Source: Candidatus Doudnabacteria bacterium (GTDB taxonomy: Bacteria > Patescibacteriota > Doudnabacteria > UBA920 > O2-02-FULL-48-8). From it: 39,059 nucleotides of DNA. The DNA lies in NCBI GenBank assembly GCA_016199215.1, contig JACQHB010000007.1, positions 1 through 39,059 of the forward strand, written 5' to 3'. How positions within the stretch are numbered: the stretch's first letter is position 1; every line of letters starts with the position of its first letter. The notes beneath the pieces are model-generated. The model did not search any database and was not told where the DNA came from. It saw only the letters and a program-made list of their open reading frames with translations. The position numbers were made by a program, and so were the translations under genes. This document shows positions 9,998 to 17,630 of the stretch, piece after piece.

Positions 9998-10426
9998 ATG
10001 TTCTACTATGTTTACATCCTGGAAAGTTTATCAGATGGTAAGCGCTATATCGGTTTTACCGCCAATTTACGGCGTCGACTAGTAGAACATGAACGAGGAT
10101 TAAACTTTTCCACGAAGTTTCGACGCCCGTTTAAACTAATCTACTTTGAAGCCTGTTTATCCGAAAAAGATGCCAAACGCCGTGAGCATTATTTAAAATC
10201 AACCCAAGCCCAGTATGACAACTTCGATAATATTTTCTGGTTTGCTTTTGCTAATAAATTAACTTTTTTATTCTACATCTCTCTGATGCTAATATTTAAG
10301 TTTGTCTATTCAGAAAATATTAAAAAGCAAAAGCATCGAAGTTGCTCTACTGGGCAAGGTCGAAAGTTTACAGGTTTAAGATTAATCGAGTACCAGCGCC
10401 AATCGGCGTTTGGCACGCGAAGTTGA
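9998..10426 (+). CDS. Stand-alone GIY-YIG nuclease carrying a 50-codon in-frame insertion
   Basis: YYVYIL...YIGFT...LRRRLVEH...STK.RRPFKLIYFE...AKRRE.YLKS; removing the insert gives a 92-aa protein reading KSTQGRKF; start at ATG 9998. Confidence 0.85.
   Translation: MFYYVYILESLSDGKRYIGFTANLRRRLVEHERGLNFSTKFRRPFKLIYFEACLSEKDAKRREHYLKSTQAQYDNFDNIFWFAFANKLTFLFYISLMLIFKFVYSENIKKQKHRSCSTGQGRKFTGLRLIEYQRQSAFGTRS
10209..10354. mobile_element. 146-bp MITE-like element with the same TIR family and 4-bp target duplication CAAG
   Basis: Left end CCCAGTATGACAACTTCGAT; right end (reverse complement) CCCAGTAGAGCAACTTCGAT; CAAG at 10205-10208 and 10355-10358; AT-rich interior. Confidence 0.88.
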
Positions 10427-10436
10427 TATACTGGGT

Positions 10437-12218
10437 ATGTCTGACGAAATTTTTGACAAGGAATCTGCCGAAGAATTGTCCGAAAGCGTTCATCGCTCGG
10501 ATTCTTCCTGGAAGCAGTTTTTTCATAAGAACAAAAAAATTATCTACGCTTCGGCCGGCAGTTTGGTTGTGATCCTGCTTGCGGCATTGGGATGGATGAT
10601 TTTTTCAGGACAAAAACCAGGGGTGGGGCCTGCATCTAATAATGTCTTTGTCAAAATCAAAGGCCAGAGCCAAGTAACTTCCGGTAACGAAGGCAATTAC
10701 ACTGTTGTTTACACCAATGGCGAGGCCGCGGACTTAACCAATGTCACGCTGGAGCTTTTTTATCCGTTAAATTTTAAATTTATTTCCGCCACTCCTTCCC
10801 CGACCAATTCCGAAGGCCAAAGATTCAATCTGCCGACGCTTAAAAAGGGAGAGAACGCGGAAGTTAAAATTAAGGGACAGCTTGGGGGAGCAAGCGGCGA
10901 AATTAAAGAATTCAAGGCCAGGCTGACTTATTCTTTATCTAATTTTAATTCGGAATTTGTAACGGAAGACAGCTTCACGACCCTGATTCTCCCGCCTAAC
11001 TTAAGCGTGGAAATTACAGGCCCAATAGATGTAATTGGCGGCCAGGAGACCACGTTTTCCATCAATTATTCAAACGTATCAAGCCAGGCATTTGAGAATT
11101 TGGCCTTAATCGTGGCATATCCCTCGGGATTTAAATTTGCATCCAGCGTTCCGCCCCCTTCCAAGAACCAGAACTATTGGACAGTTCCAAAATTGGACAA
11201 GGGCGGTTTGGGAAAGATAGAAATCACGGGAAGCTTTTCCGCTTCCAACGCCGCTGATGCCATAGTAGGAGTAGAGCTCGGGCAAATAACCAACAATACT
11301 TTCGCGACGTTAATTAACAGCTCCGCGGTTTTTAAAACGACCCCATCATCGTTGTCTTTGACTTTAACAGCCAATCCTAAAGACGTTGTTTCGCTTGGCG
11401 ACAGCATTGAATACACCCTCGATTACGGGAATTTCGGAACTATCGGTTTGACAAACGTCGTGATAACGGCAAGCTTGCAAGGAACGGTTCTTGACTTAAC
11501 CAGATTAAATGTGAGGGACGCGATAGTTACCGGCAATGTTCTGACTTGGAAGTCGGCGACCAAAAGTGAACTGAACCTGGTTTCGCCCAACCAGAAAGGG
11601 AAAATAACCTTTTCTGTGCCCACCAAATCCTCGCTTACAACCAATATTAAAAACCAAACTATTGGGGCGTCAGCTTCGATTTACGCGGCTGAGGTTCCCA
11701 AGCCAGTCCACGTCCCGGATGTCAATTTGAAGTTGGCGACACAGCTAGGCTTGTCCGTAAGCGGCCGGTATGTCCGGGGAGCCTTGCCTATGAAGGTCGG
11801 CGAGTCAACGACCTTTGAGATAACTTTTATCCTGTCGAATTTAAGCAATGATCTTGAAAATGCGCAGGTAGTTTCCTCCTTGCTCCTGCCTTCTTCCTCC
11901 TGGAAAAATATTATCGCCCCTGATTCGGAAAAATCCAGGATTTCTTTCAACCCTGGAGCGGGCAAGATTATCTGGAAGATTCCGCAGGTTTCTGCTTTTG
12001 TCGGCAAGTACGCGCCGGCGCTTATGGCCTCGTTTGAGCTTGAGGTTATACCGACCGAAGCGGACAGAGGAAAGACTGTTAATCTTCTGAAAGATATTCA
12101 AGCAACAGGCAAAGACCTGTTCATTGGCAAGGATGTTTCATCGGGTAATGTTATTGACATAAACACGGCAAACATTGATGACGATCAGTTAAACCTGAAG
12201 GGAAGCGCAGTGCAGTAG
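10437..12218 (+). CDS. Bitopic membrane protein with tandem Ig-like (DUF11-like) domains
   Basis: Start moved to ATG 10437 (MSDEIF); one N-terminal TM; repeated modules YTVVYTN, FSINYSN, GDSIEYTLDYGN and PxxFKFxS. Confidence 0.75.
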   Translation: MSDEIFDKESAEELSESVHRSDSSWKQFFHKNKKIIYASAGSLVVILLAALGWMIFSGQKPGVGPASNNVFVKIKGQSQVTSGNEGNYTVVYTNGEAADLTNVTLELFYPLNFKFISATPSPTNSEGQRFNLPTLKKGENAEVKIKGQLGGASGEIKEFKARLTYSLSNFNSEFVTEDSFTTLILPPNLSVEITGPIDVIGGQETTFSINYSNVSSQAFENLALIVAYPSGFKFASSVPPPSKNQNYWTVPKLDKGGLGKIEITGSFSASNAADAIVGVELGQITNNTFATLINSSAVFKTTPSSLSLTLTANPKDVVSLGDSIEYTLDYGNFGTIGLTNVVITASLQGTVLDLTRLNVRDAIVTGNVLTWKSATKSELNLVSPNQKGKITFSVPTKSSLTTNIKNQTIGASASIYAAEVPKPVHVPDVNLKLATQLGLSVSGRYVRGALPMKVGESTTFEITFILSNLSNDLENAQVVSSLLLPSSSWKNIIAPDSEKSRISFNPGAGKIIWKIPQVSAFVGKYAPALMASFELEVIPTEADRGKTVNLLKDIQATGKDLFIGKDVSSGNVIDINTANIDDDQLNLKGSAVQ

Positions 12219-12300
12219 TTATAAAGTATAAAGTTTCGTAAAGTAAAACCCGGTTATTCCGGGTTACTTTATAACTTTATAAACTTTAAGAACTTAGAAC
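12217..12300. repeat. Short-period inverted-repeat element (ATAAAGT-type arms) with a central GC hairpin; probable bidirectional terminator
   Basis: ataaagtataaagt...taaagt / acttta-type repeats around AACCCGG-ttatt-CCGGGTT; lies between convergent genes. Confidence 0.65.
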
Positions 12301-12303
12301 TCT

Positions 12304-13578
12304 TTATGGCTTCACGTAGCCAAGCGGATTAAGTGAGACTCCGTTTTTCATGATTCTGAAGTCTAGGTGGATTCCGGTCACCCCTCTTACGCGTCCGGTG
12401 TTGCCTTGTTTGGCTATAGTTTGTCCCTTGGCTACCTGGTCGCCAGCTTTGACATAAAGTTCTGAGGCATGGCTGTAGCGCGTTTTGTAGCCATTTCCGT
12501 GGTTGATTATAATCGTATTGCCCCAACCGCTTTGCCATCCTGAAAGCTCCACGAACCCGGCTTCAGAGGCGAAAATCGGCTCTTTTTTGCTATTGGAGAT
12601 ATCGATGCCCGCGTGGCGCTTGAAGAATCCCTGGGTAATTGTCCGGACCGATGTCGGCCAGATGAAATTAAGGCCGCCGACCAGGTTTCCAGGGGCTGTG
12701 GCCTGTTTAAGCGCAATCTTTCCGCTATCGACTTTGACGAATTGGGAAGCGGGTTTTGGTTTGGCGGGCATGCTTACATTTTCCAGGGGGATAACAATGC
12801 TTGTGCCAGGCTCCAAATCTTCAAACAACTCGACGTTGTTGGCGTCCAGAAAATCATCTTCTGATATTTTGTATTTTGCAAGAATCGACTCCAGCGTGTC
12901 CGACTCCTTTAATGTGTAGGTAATTCCGGTTGTTGGAAGAATAGTCAGCTCCTGCCCTGGTTTGAGTATTGTGGTTTCATCAATTTTGTTCTCGACCATA
13001 ATGGTCTGGGGAGAAATGCCAAAGCTTGAGGCAATGCTGACCAGATTATCCCCTGGCTCTACTTTGTAAACTGTCCGGCCTTCCCGCAGGGGGCTGTCGG
13101 AATCAGCGGGGTTGGTTTTGACAATTACGTTTTCCTGGATAGTGGTCGGGTTTAAGTTTTCAGATTTGAAGCCGGTTTGAGAAGCAAGAAGGGCAGAGGA
13201 GAAACTTGATTGGGCCCAAGCTTGATTTACTAGCCGATCCGTGCGAGCCAGAATCGTAGTGGTGTCGCTTGAGGCGAGCAGAGAAGAATTGAGGGTGGGG
13301 TTGCTTTTGAGGAAAGAAAAAATCACGCTGTTGTCGGATGATTCCAGACGGTTAGCGTGAGCGGAAAGGGTAAAGTTTACAATAAGGCCAAAAGTGGCGA
13401 TAAACAAAACCACGAGTTCCAAGCCAAAACGGTACGCATAATCCTTGATAGACAAGGGAAGCAATGTTTTGGCGTGGAGAGACTTAAACGGGTGGATTGT
13501 GAATTTGCTGTTTGTTTTGAGCTTTTGAACAATTTTTTGGGTGAGGGATCCGCCTAGATGGTCTAGATTTTGGGCCAT
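12304..13578 (-). CDS. LysM-domain M23 family metallopeptidase
   Basis: N-terminal TM; two LysM repeats (YKVEPGDNLVSIA, YTLKESDTLESI); FIWP, HAGIDI, GWGNTIIINH, YSH, GNTG, GIHLDF. Confidence 0.9.
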   Translation of the reverse strand: MAQNLDHLGGSLTQKIVQKLKTNSKFTIHPFKSLHAKTLLPLSIKDYAYRFGLELVVLFIATFGLIVNFTLSAHANRLESSDNSVIFSFLKSNPTLNSSLLASSDTTTILARTDRLVNQAWAQSSFSSALLASQTGFKSENLNPTTIQENVIVKTNPADSDSPLREGRTVYKVEPGDNLVSIASSFGISPQTIMVENKIDETTILKPGQELTILPTTGITYTLKESDTLESILAKYKISEDDFLDANNVELFEDLEPGTSIVIPLENVSMPAKPKPASQFVKVDSGKIALKQATAPGNLVGGLNFIWPTSVRTITQGFFKRHAGIDISNSKKEPIFASEAGFVELSGWQSGWGNTIIINHGNGYKTRYSHASELYVKAGDQVAKGQTIAKQGNTGRVRGVTGIHLDFRIMKNGVSLNPLGYVKP

Positions 13579-13715
13579 CGGATCAAGATTTTGACTAGTA
13601 ATAGTGGCTCCTGTAATTTTCCAGTTCTATGCCAGCAGATAGCGGGAAAATAGTGGTTTTGCTTGCAAAAAACAGGAAATTAAAGATCAGTAAAATCAAT
13701 ACTCCGATAGTGTTG

Positions 13716-13744
13716 ATGTTATCAAAATAGGTCCCGTAAGTCAA
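13716..13744 (-). promoter_or_regulatory. Putative promoter of the M23 gene
   Basis: Minus strand TTGACT, 17 nt, TAACAT, with extended TG. Confidence 0.45.
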
Positions 13745-13828
13745 CGGTTTAAGCACAGACTATTGTGCAAAAGTGGCAAAATGAGGCTTATTTAGGGCAA
13801 ATTTTTAGATACTTAATCCACAAAAGGT

Positions 13829-13953
13829 TAAATCCGAAATTCAAATATCGAAAATCCTAAACAATGTCAAAATCCAAAGCCCAAATGTTTCAAACATTTG
13901 AATTTTGAACCTTTGAATTTGTTTCGAATTTAGTGCTTCGTGCTTCGAATTTA
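13829..13953. repeat. 7-bp-periodic inverted-repeat element, empty copy
   Basis: taaatccgaaattcaaatatcgaaa...tttgaatttgtttcgaatttagtgcttcgtgcttcgaattta; arms resemble those at 24689, 25211-25275 and 26431. Confidence 0.8.
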
Positions 13954-13968
13954 GCTATAATGCTTAAT

Positions 13969-15993
13969 ATGACTGAAAAGTTAAATTTAGGACTTAACGA
14001 AGCCCAGCTTAAGGCCGTAACCGCGCCAATGGGGCCGGTTTTGATTTTGGCCGGGGCTGGCAGCGGTAAAACGCGGGCTTTAAGCATGCGGATCGTGTAT
14101 CTTATAAAAAAATTAGGAATGGATCCCGAAAATATTTTAGCCGTGACCTTTACCAATAAAGCAGCCGGAGAAATGAAAGAGCGGATTTTGAAACTTTTAA
14201 GAAGAGAGGACCGTCCTCTGAAGGAGGACGGTCCTGTGGCCTTGCCGGCCATGGGAACATTCCACTCTATCGGAGCCAGGATTTTGCGGACAGAAGGACG
14301 CCGGTTGGGGCTTAGCCCGAATTTTTTGATTTATGATACTTCTGATCAGGAGAGTTTGCTTAAAGAGGTTTTGGCAAAGCTTCGGATTGATGCGACAAAG
14401 TTTAAACCCTCGCTGTTTGCTCATGTCATTGATCGCGCCAAGAACAATCTGATTGAGCCGGAAGACTATAACGATGATGATAACGATAACCGCTTCAATG
14501 ACATGGCTCGGAGGGTTTTTGTCCAATATCAAGAAAGCTTGCGACAAAATAATGCTGTTGATTTTGGGGATCTGTTGGTCTTGCCGGTCAAATTATTCCG
14601 CGACCATCCCGAGATTTTGAAGAAATATCAGGACAAGTGGCAATATGTATTGGTCGACGAATACCAGGACACAAACCAAGTCCAATATACTTTTACCAAG
14701 CTTTTGGTTTCCAAGCGCAAGAATATTTTCGTGGTGGGGGATGACGCGCAGGCCATTTACGGGTTTAGGGGAGCTAATTTGCAGAATATTTTAGATTTCG
14801 AGGAAGATTACCCCGACGCAAGCATTTACAGGCTTGAGCAGAATTACCGTTCAACCGCGCAAATTTTGGCCATTGCCGAAAAAATCATTGAACTTTCCCC
14901 TCGCCAGCATAAAAAGAAGCTCTGGACCGAAAACCACAACGGCCAAGCTCCGGTTTTGTTCCGGGCCGAGGATGAAATGGTGGAGGCCTGGTTCGTGGCG
15001 CGTAAAATTATCGAGCTTCAGGACGGGAGTCCGGGCGAAATCACTTACGATTATGATGACGACTCGATCCTTTCCAGGGTAATGCGCAGGGCCAGGCAAA
15101 GAGTCCTGCCCAAGCTAAAAAATCGACAAGGGTTGAATAATTTCGCGGTGCTTTACCGAACCCACGCCCAATCGCGCGCCGTGGAAGAAGTGATGATCGA
15201 AAGCGGAATTCCGTACCAGATCATCGGCGGTCTTAAATTTTATGAACGGAAAGAAATCAAAGACCTGTTGGCTTATCTGAAATTGCTGGTGAACCCAAAC
15301 GATCTTGTCAGCCTGAAGCGCGTGATCAACGTTCCTCCCCGGGGCATTGGCCCGAAAAGTTTTGATTTGCTAAAAGAAGCCCTTCTTGAGAAAAAAGACA
15401 AAGCCTTGGCTAAATTATTTGACGAAAAGCCGGCGGTGAAGATTTTTTTTGAAATTGTTGATGCTGTTTCGAGTTTGGACGAAACCGCGACGCTTCCCCA
15501 GATCATGAGCCAGGTTCTTAAGATGACCGGTTATGAAAGTTTTCTGCGCGACGGGTCGGAGGAAGCGGAAAGCCGATGGGAAAACGTCCAGGAGCTTTTC
15601 AACGTCGCGACAAGTTTTGAGAAGTTTAATTGGAAAGAGGGGCTGACAAGATTTCTTGAGGAAGTCAGCTTGATGACCAATGTGGACGAGCTGGACCCCG
15701 CCACCCAGAAAGTTACATTAATGACTTTGCATCAGGCCAAGGGTTTGGAATTTGATACCGTATTCCTAATCGGGCTTGAAGAGGGGATTCTTCCTCATGC
15801 CAGATCGATCATGGAGGCTAAAGATGTGGCGGAAGAGATCAGGCTTGCTTATGTCGGCGTCACCAGAGCCAGAAAGAACCTTTTTTTGATTTATTGTTCA
15901 TCACGCAAACAGTTTGGAACAAGGAATATGAGCGTACCCTCGAGGATACTAAAAGCAATACCCGAGGAGCTTTTAGATGTTTATGAATTTTAA
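13969..15993 (+). CDS. pcrA: ATP-dependent DNA helicase PcrA/UvrD
   Basis: LNEAQ, AGAGSGKT, VTFTNKAA, DEYQDTN, VGDDAQAIYGFRGA, LEQNYRST, TLHQAKGLEF, EEIRLAYVGVTRA; start at ATG 13969 (7 nt after TATAAT 13956-13961) or 13960. Confidence 0.95.
   Translation: MTEKLNLGLNEAQLKAVTAPMGPVLILAGAGSGKTRALSMRIVYLIKKLGMDPENILAVTFTNKAAGEMKERILKLLRREDRPLKEDGPVALPAMGTFHSIGARILRTEGRRLGLSPNFLIYDTSDQESLLKEVLAKLRIDATKFKPSLFAHVIDRAKNNLIEPEDYNDDDNDNRFNDMARRVFVQYQESLRQNNAVDFGDLLVLPVKLFRDHPEILKKYQDKWQYVLVDEYQDTNQVQYTFTKLLVSKRKNIFVVGDDAQAIYGFRGANLQNILDFEEDYPDASIYRLEQNYRSTAQILAIAEKIIELSPRQHKKKLWTENHNGQAPVLFRAEDEMVEAWFVARKIIELQDGSPGEITYDYDDDSILSRVMRRARQRVLPKLKNRQGLNNFAVLYRTHAQSRAVEEVMIESGIPYQIIGGLKFYERKEIKDLLAYLKLLVNPNDLVSLKRVINVPPRGIGPKSFDLLKEALLEKKDKALAKLFDEKPAVKIFFEIVDAVSSLDETATLPQIMSQVLKMTGYESFLRDGSEEAESRWENVQELFNVATSFEKFNWKEGLTRFLEEVSLMTNVDELDPATQKVTLMTLHQAKGLEFDTVFLIGLEEGILPHARSIMEAKDVAEEIRLAYVGVTRARKNLFLIYCSSRKQFGTRNMSVPSRILKAIPEELLDVYEF
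14207..14235. repeat. REP-like palindrome in frame within pcrA
   Basis: AGGACCGTCCTC-tgaag-GAGGACGGTCCT, perfect 12-bp arms; encodes EDRPLKEDGP. Confidence 0.75.
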
Positions 15994-16090
15994 ATTCAAA
16001 GCACAAAGCTCAAATTTCAAATAAGAGTTAATAATTAATATTTTAATTTTTAAAATATATTTGTGCTTTGAATTTTGGACTTTGAAATTT
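15991..16090. repeat. 7-bp-periodic inverted-repeat element, empty copy, beginning at the pcrA stop codon
   Basis: taaattcaaagcacaaagctcaaatttcaaa ... tttgtgctttgaattttggactttgaaattt. Confidence 0.75.
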
Positions 16091-16094
16091 TTTT

Positions 16095-16913
16095 ATGAAC
16101 AATCTCACAGACATAACTTATCTCAAATCTTTTTTAAAACAGTCCGGCCTGAAGCCTCGGCATTACCTCGGCCAGAATTTTTTGGTTGATCAGGATGTGC
16201 TGAATCGGATTATCGAGGCCGCAGATCTAAAAAAATCTGACACTGTGCTTGAAGTGGGGCCGGGGATAGGGACACTTACTTCTGAGTTGATTAAGCGGGC
16301 GGGGAAGGTGATAGCGGTGGAGAAGGATGAGTCAATGGCCAGAATCTTTGAGAAGGAATATGGAATATGGATCCAAATTCCAAATTCCAAATTCCAATTA
16401 GTTAACCAGGACATCCTTCGGTTCCATCTTGATCGGCATATTCAAGGCCCTTACAAAGTTGTTGCAAATATTCCTTATTATTTGACTTCAGTTTTATTCC
16501 AATATTTTCTTGGACAAGAAAACAAACCGGAGCTTCTTGTTTTAATGGTGCAAAAAGAAGTTGCGGAAAGAGTGGTTGCAAGCCCTGGGGAGTTATCAGT
16601 TCTTGGGATATCCGTGCAATTTTACGCAGACCCGGAAATTGTAGGAATCGTGAACAAGGAAAGTTTTTGGCCGCAGCCAAAAGTTGATTCCGCCATTTTG
16701 AAAATAACGCCTGTAAATAAATTTCCGGAAGTGGAGGACGAAAAATTATTTTTTAGAATTGTTAAGTCCGCGTTTGCCGGAAAAAGAAAACAGCTTAAGA
16801 ATACGATTAGGGATGTTGAGGCTTTGCGAAGAGCGGGGGTTGAGCCCACTGCAAGACCCCAAGATTTGCAGATAGAAGACTGGGTCAGGCTTTACAAAAT
16901 CATGAAAAGATGA
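16095..16913 (+). CDS. rsmA: 16S rRNA (adenine(1518/1519)-N6)-dimethyltransferase RsmA/KsgA
   Basis: LGQNFL, VLEVGPGIG, AVEKD, VVANIPYY, MVQKEVAER, FWPQPKVDSA, F.GKRKQL.N. Confidence 0.95.
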   Translation: MNNLTDITYLKSFLKQSGLKPRHYLGQNFLVDQDVLNRIIEAADLKKSDTVLEVGPGIGTLTSELIKRAGKVIAVEKDESMARIFEKEYGIWIQIPNSKFQLVNQDILRFHLDRHIQGPYKVVANIPYYLTSVLFQYFLGQENKPELLVLMVQKEVAERVVASPGELSVLGISVQFYADPEIVGIVNKESFWPQPKVDSAILKITPVNKFPEVEDEKLFFRIVKSAFAGKRKQLKNTIRDVEALRRAGVEPTARPQDLQIEDWVRLYKIMKR

Positions 16914-16974
16914 AAAACGCTGGACAACCAGCGTTTTTTGTGCTATAATATAATAAAGTATTGGAAAGTATTGG
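16913..16974 (+). promoter_or_regulatory. rsmA terminator hairpin overlapping the T4SS-like operon promoter, followed by 10-bp direct repeats
   Basis: AAAAACGCTGG-acaa-CCAGCGTTTTT (16913-16938); TGGACA (16921-16926), 17 nt, TATAAT (16944-16949) with TG; AAAGTATTGG twice (16955-16974). Confidence 0.7.
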
Positions 16975-17000
16975 TAAGTTCTGAAACAAAAGGGTTGAAA

Positions 17001-17060
17001 TCCACCTTCGCTAAAGCTTCCCCCTTCGCCAAGGCTTCGGGGGACAGGTCGGCGGACAAG
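17001..17060. repeat. 30-bp REP-like element nested inside a second copy of the same family
   Basis: Outer TCCACCTTCGCTAAAGCT|TCGGCGGACAAG is interrupted by TCCCCCTTCGCCAAGGCTTCGGGGGACAGG (17019-17048). Confidence 0.75.
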
Positions 17061-17076
17061 CAAAAACAAAACTAAA

Positions 17077-17256
17077 ATGCACGGAAAACTTGAGGAGTTG
17101 CTTACGCTTAAGCAAGCCACTCATCTGCTGAATGTTCATCCAAATACCCTTCGGAACTGGGAAAAAGAAGGGCTGATTGCTGCTGTCCGGATTGGACCGC
17201 GGGGAGACCGCAGATATAAAAAACAGGTCATAAGCCGGATATTAAATCAAAAATAA
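17077..17256 (+). CDS. 59-aa MerR-like/excisionase-type HTH DNA-binding protein (absent from the ORF track)
   Basis: Own translation MHGKLEELLTLKQATHLLNVHPNTLRNWEKEGLIAAVRIGPRGDRRYKKQVISRILNQK; TAATG overlap with the next gene. Confidence 0.88.
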   Translation: MHGKLEELLTLKQATHLLNVHPNTLRNWEKEGLIAAVRIGPRGDRRYKKQVISRILNQK

Positions 17257-17630
17257 TGACTGAAGCAAAAAGAATATTAGTAAATATTTTGTTGGGTATT
17301 CTCTTAATTGCTATTTTGTTACCTTTCGTTTCAGTAAAAGAAACAAAAGCTATAGCAGTGGGGTTGCCTTTCGGTGGACGATTGCTTTTTACTTCACCCC
17401 CAATTATCACTCTGATTGTTAATTGTCCTGCTATGGCGCATGTTCTTAACTTAGGTCCCCAGAAAGGGGTTCTCCATTTATTTCTTCCTCCGGGTCAACC
17501 AAAAGCCTTTTATAATTTTTTTACTCCAGGAGTAAGTACCTTAGGTTCATATTATCCAACACCCTTACCTTTTAACTGTCCTGTTCAGCCAATTTTTCCT
17601 GCAAATTATTTTGGAACCAGTGTAAGATAA
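17256..17630 (+). CDS. Small secreted or membrane Pro-rich hypothetical protein
   Basis: Signal peptide (ETKA), GLPFGGR motif, two Cys; coupled within the operon. Confidence 0.7.
   Translation: MTEAKRILVNILLGILLIAILLPFVSVKETKAIAVGLPFGGRLLFTSPPIITLIVNCPAMAHVLNLGPQKGVLHLFLPPGQPKAFYNFFTPGVSTLGSYYPTPLPFNCPVQPIFPANYFGTSVR

Larger units (their letters stand above)
9977..10435 (+). mobile_element. GIY-YIG-encoding element with 20-bp terminal inverted repeats and 4-bp target duplication TATG
   Basis: Left end CCCAGTAATACAACTTCGCG; right end (reverse complement) CCCAGTATATCAACTTCGCG; TATG at 9973-9976 and 10436-10439. Confidence 0.85.

Noticed and set aside
9977-10435. GIY-YIG region as a group I intron or integron cassette
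   Set aside because: Too short for a ribozyme core; ends are TIRs with target duplications; they do not fit attC RYYYAAC/GTTRRRY boxes; no integron integrase
17077-17256. HTH protein as the excisionase/RDF of the serine recombinase island
   Set aside because: It lies about 15 kb outside the island and is translationally coupled to the T4SS-like operon
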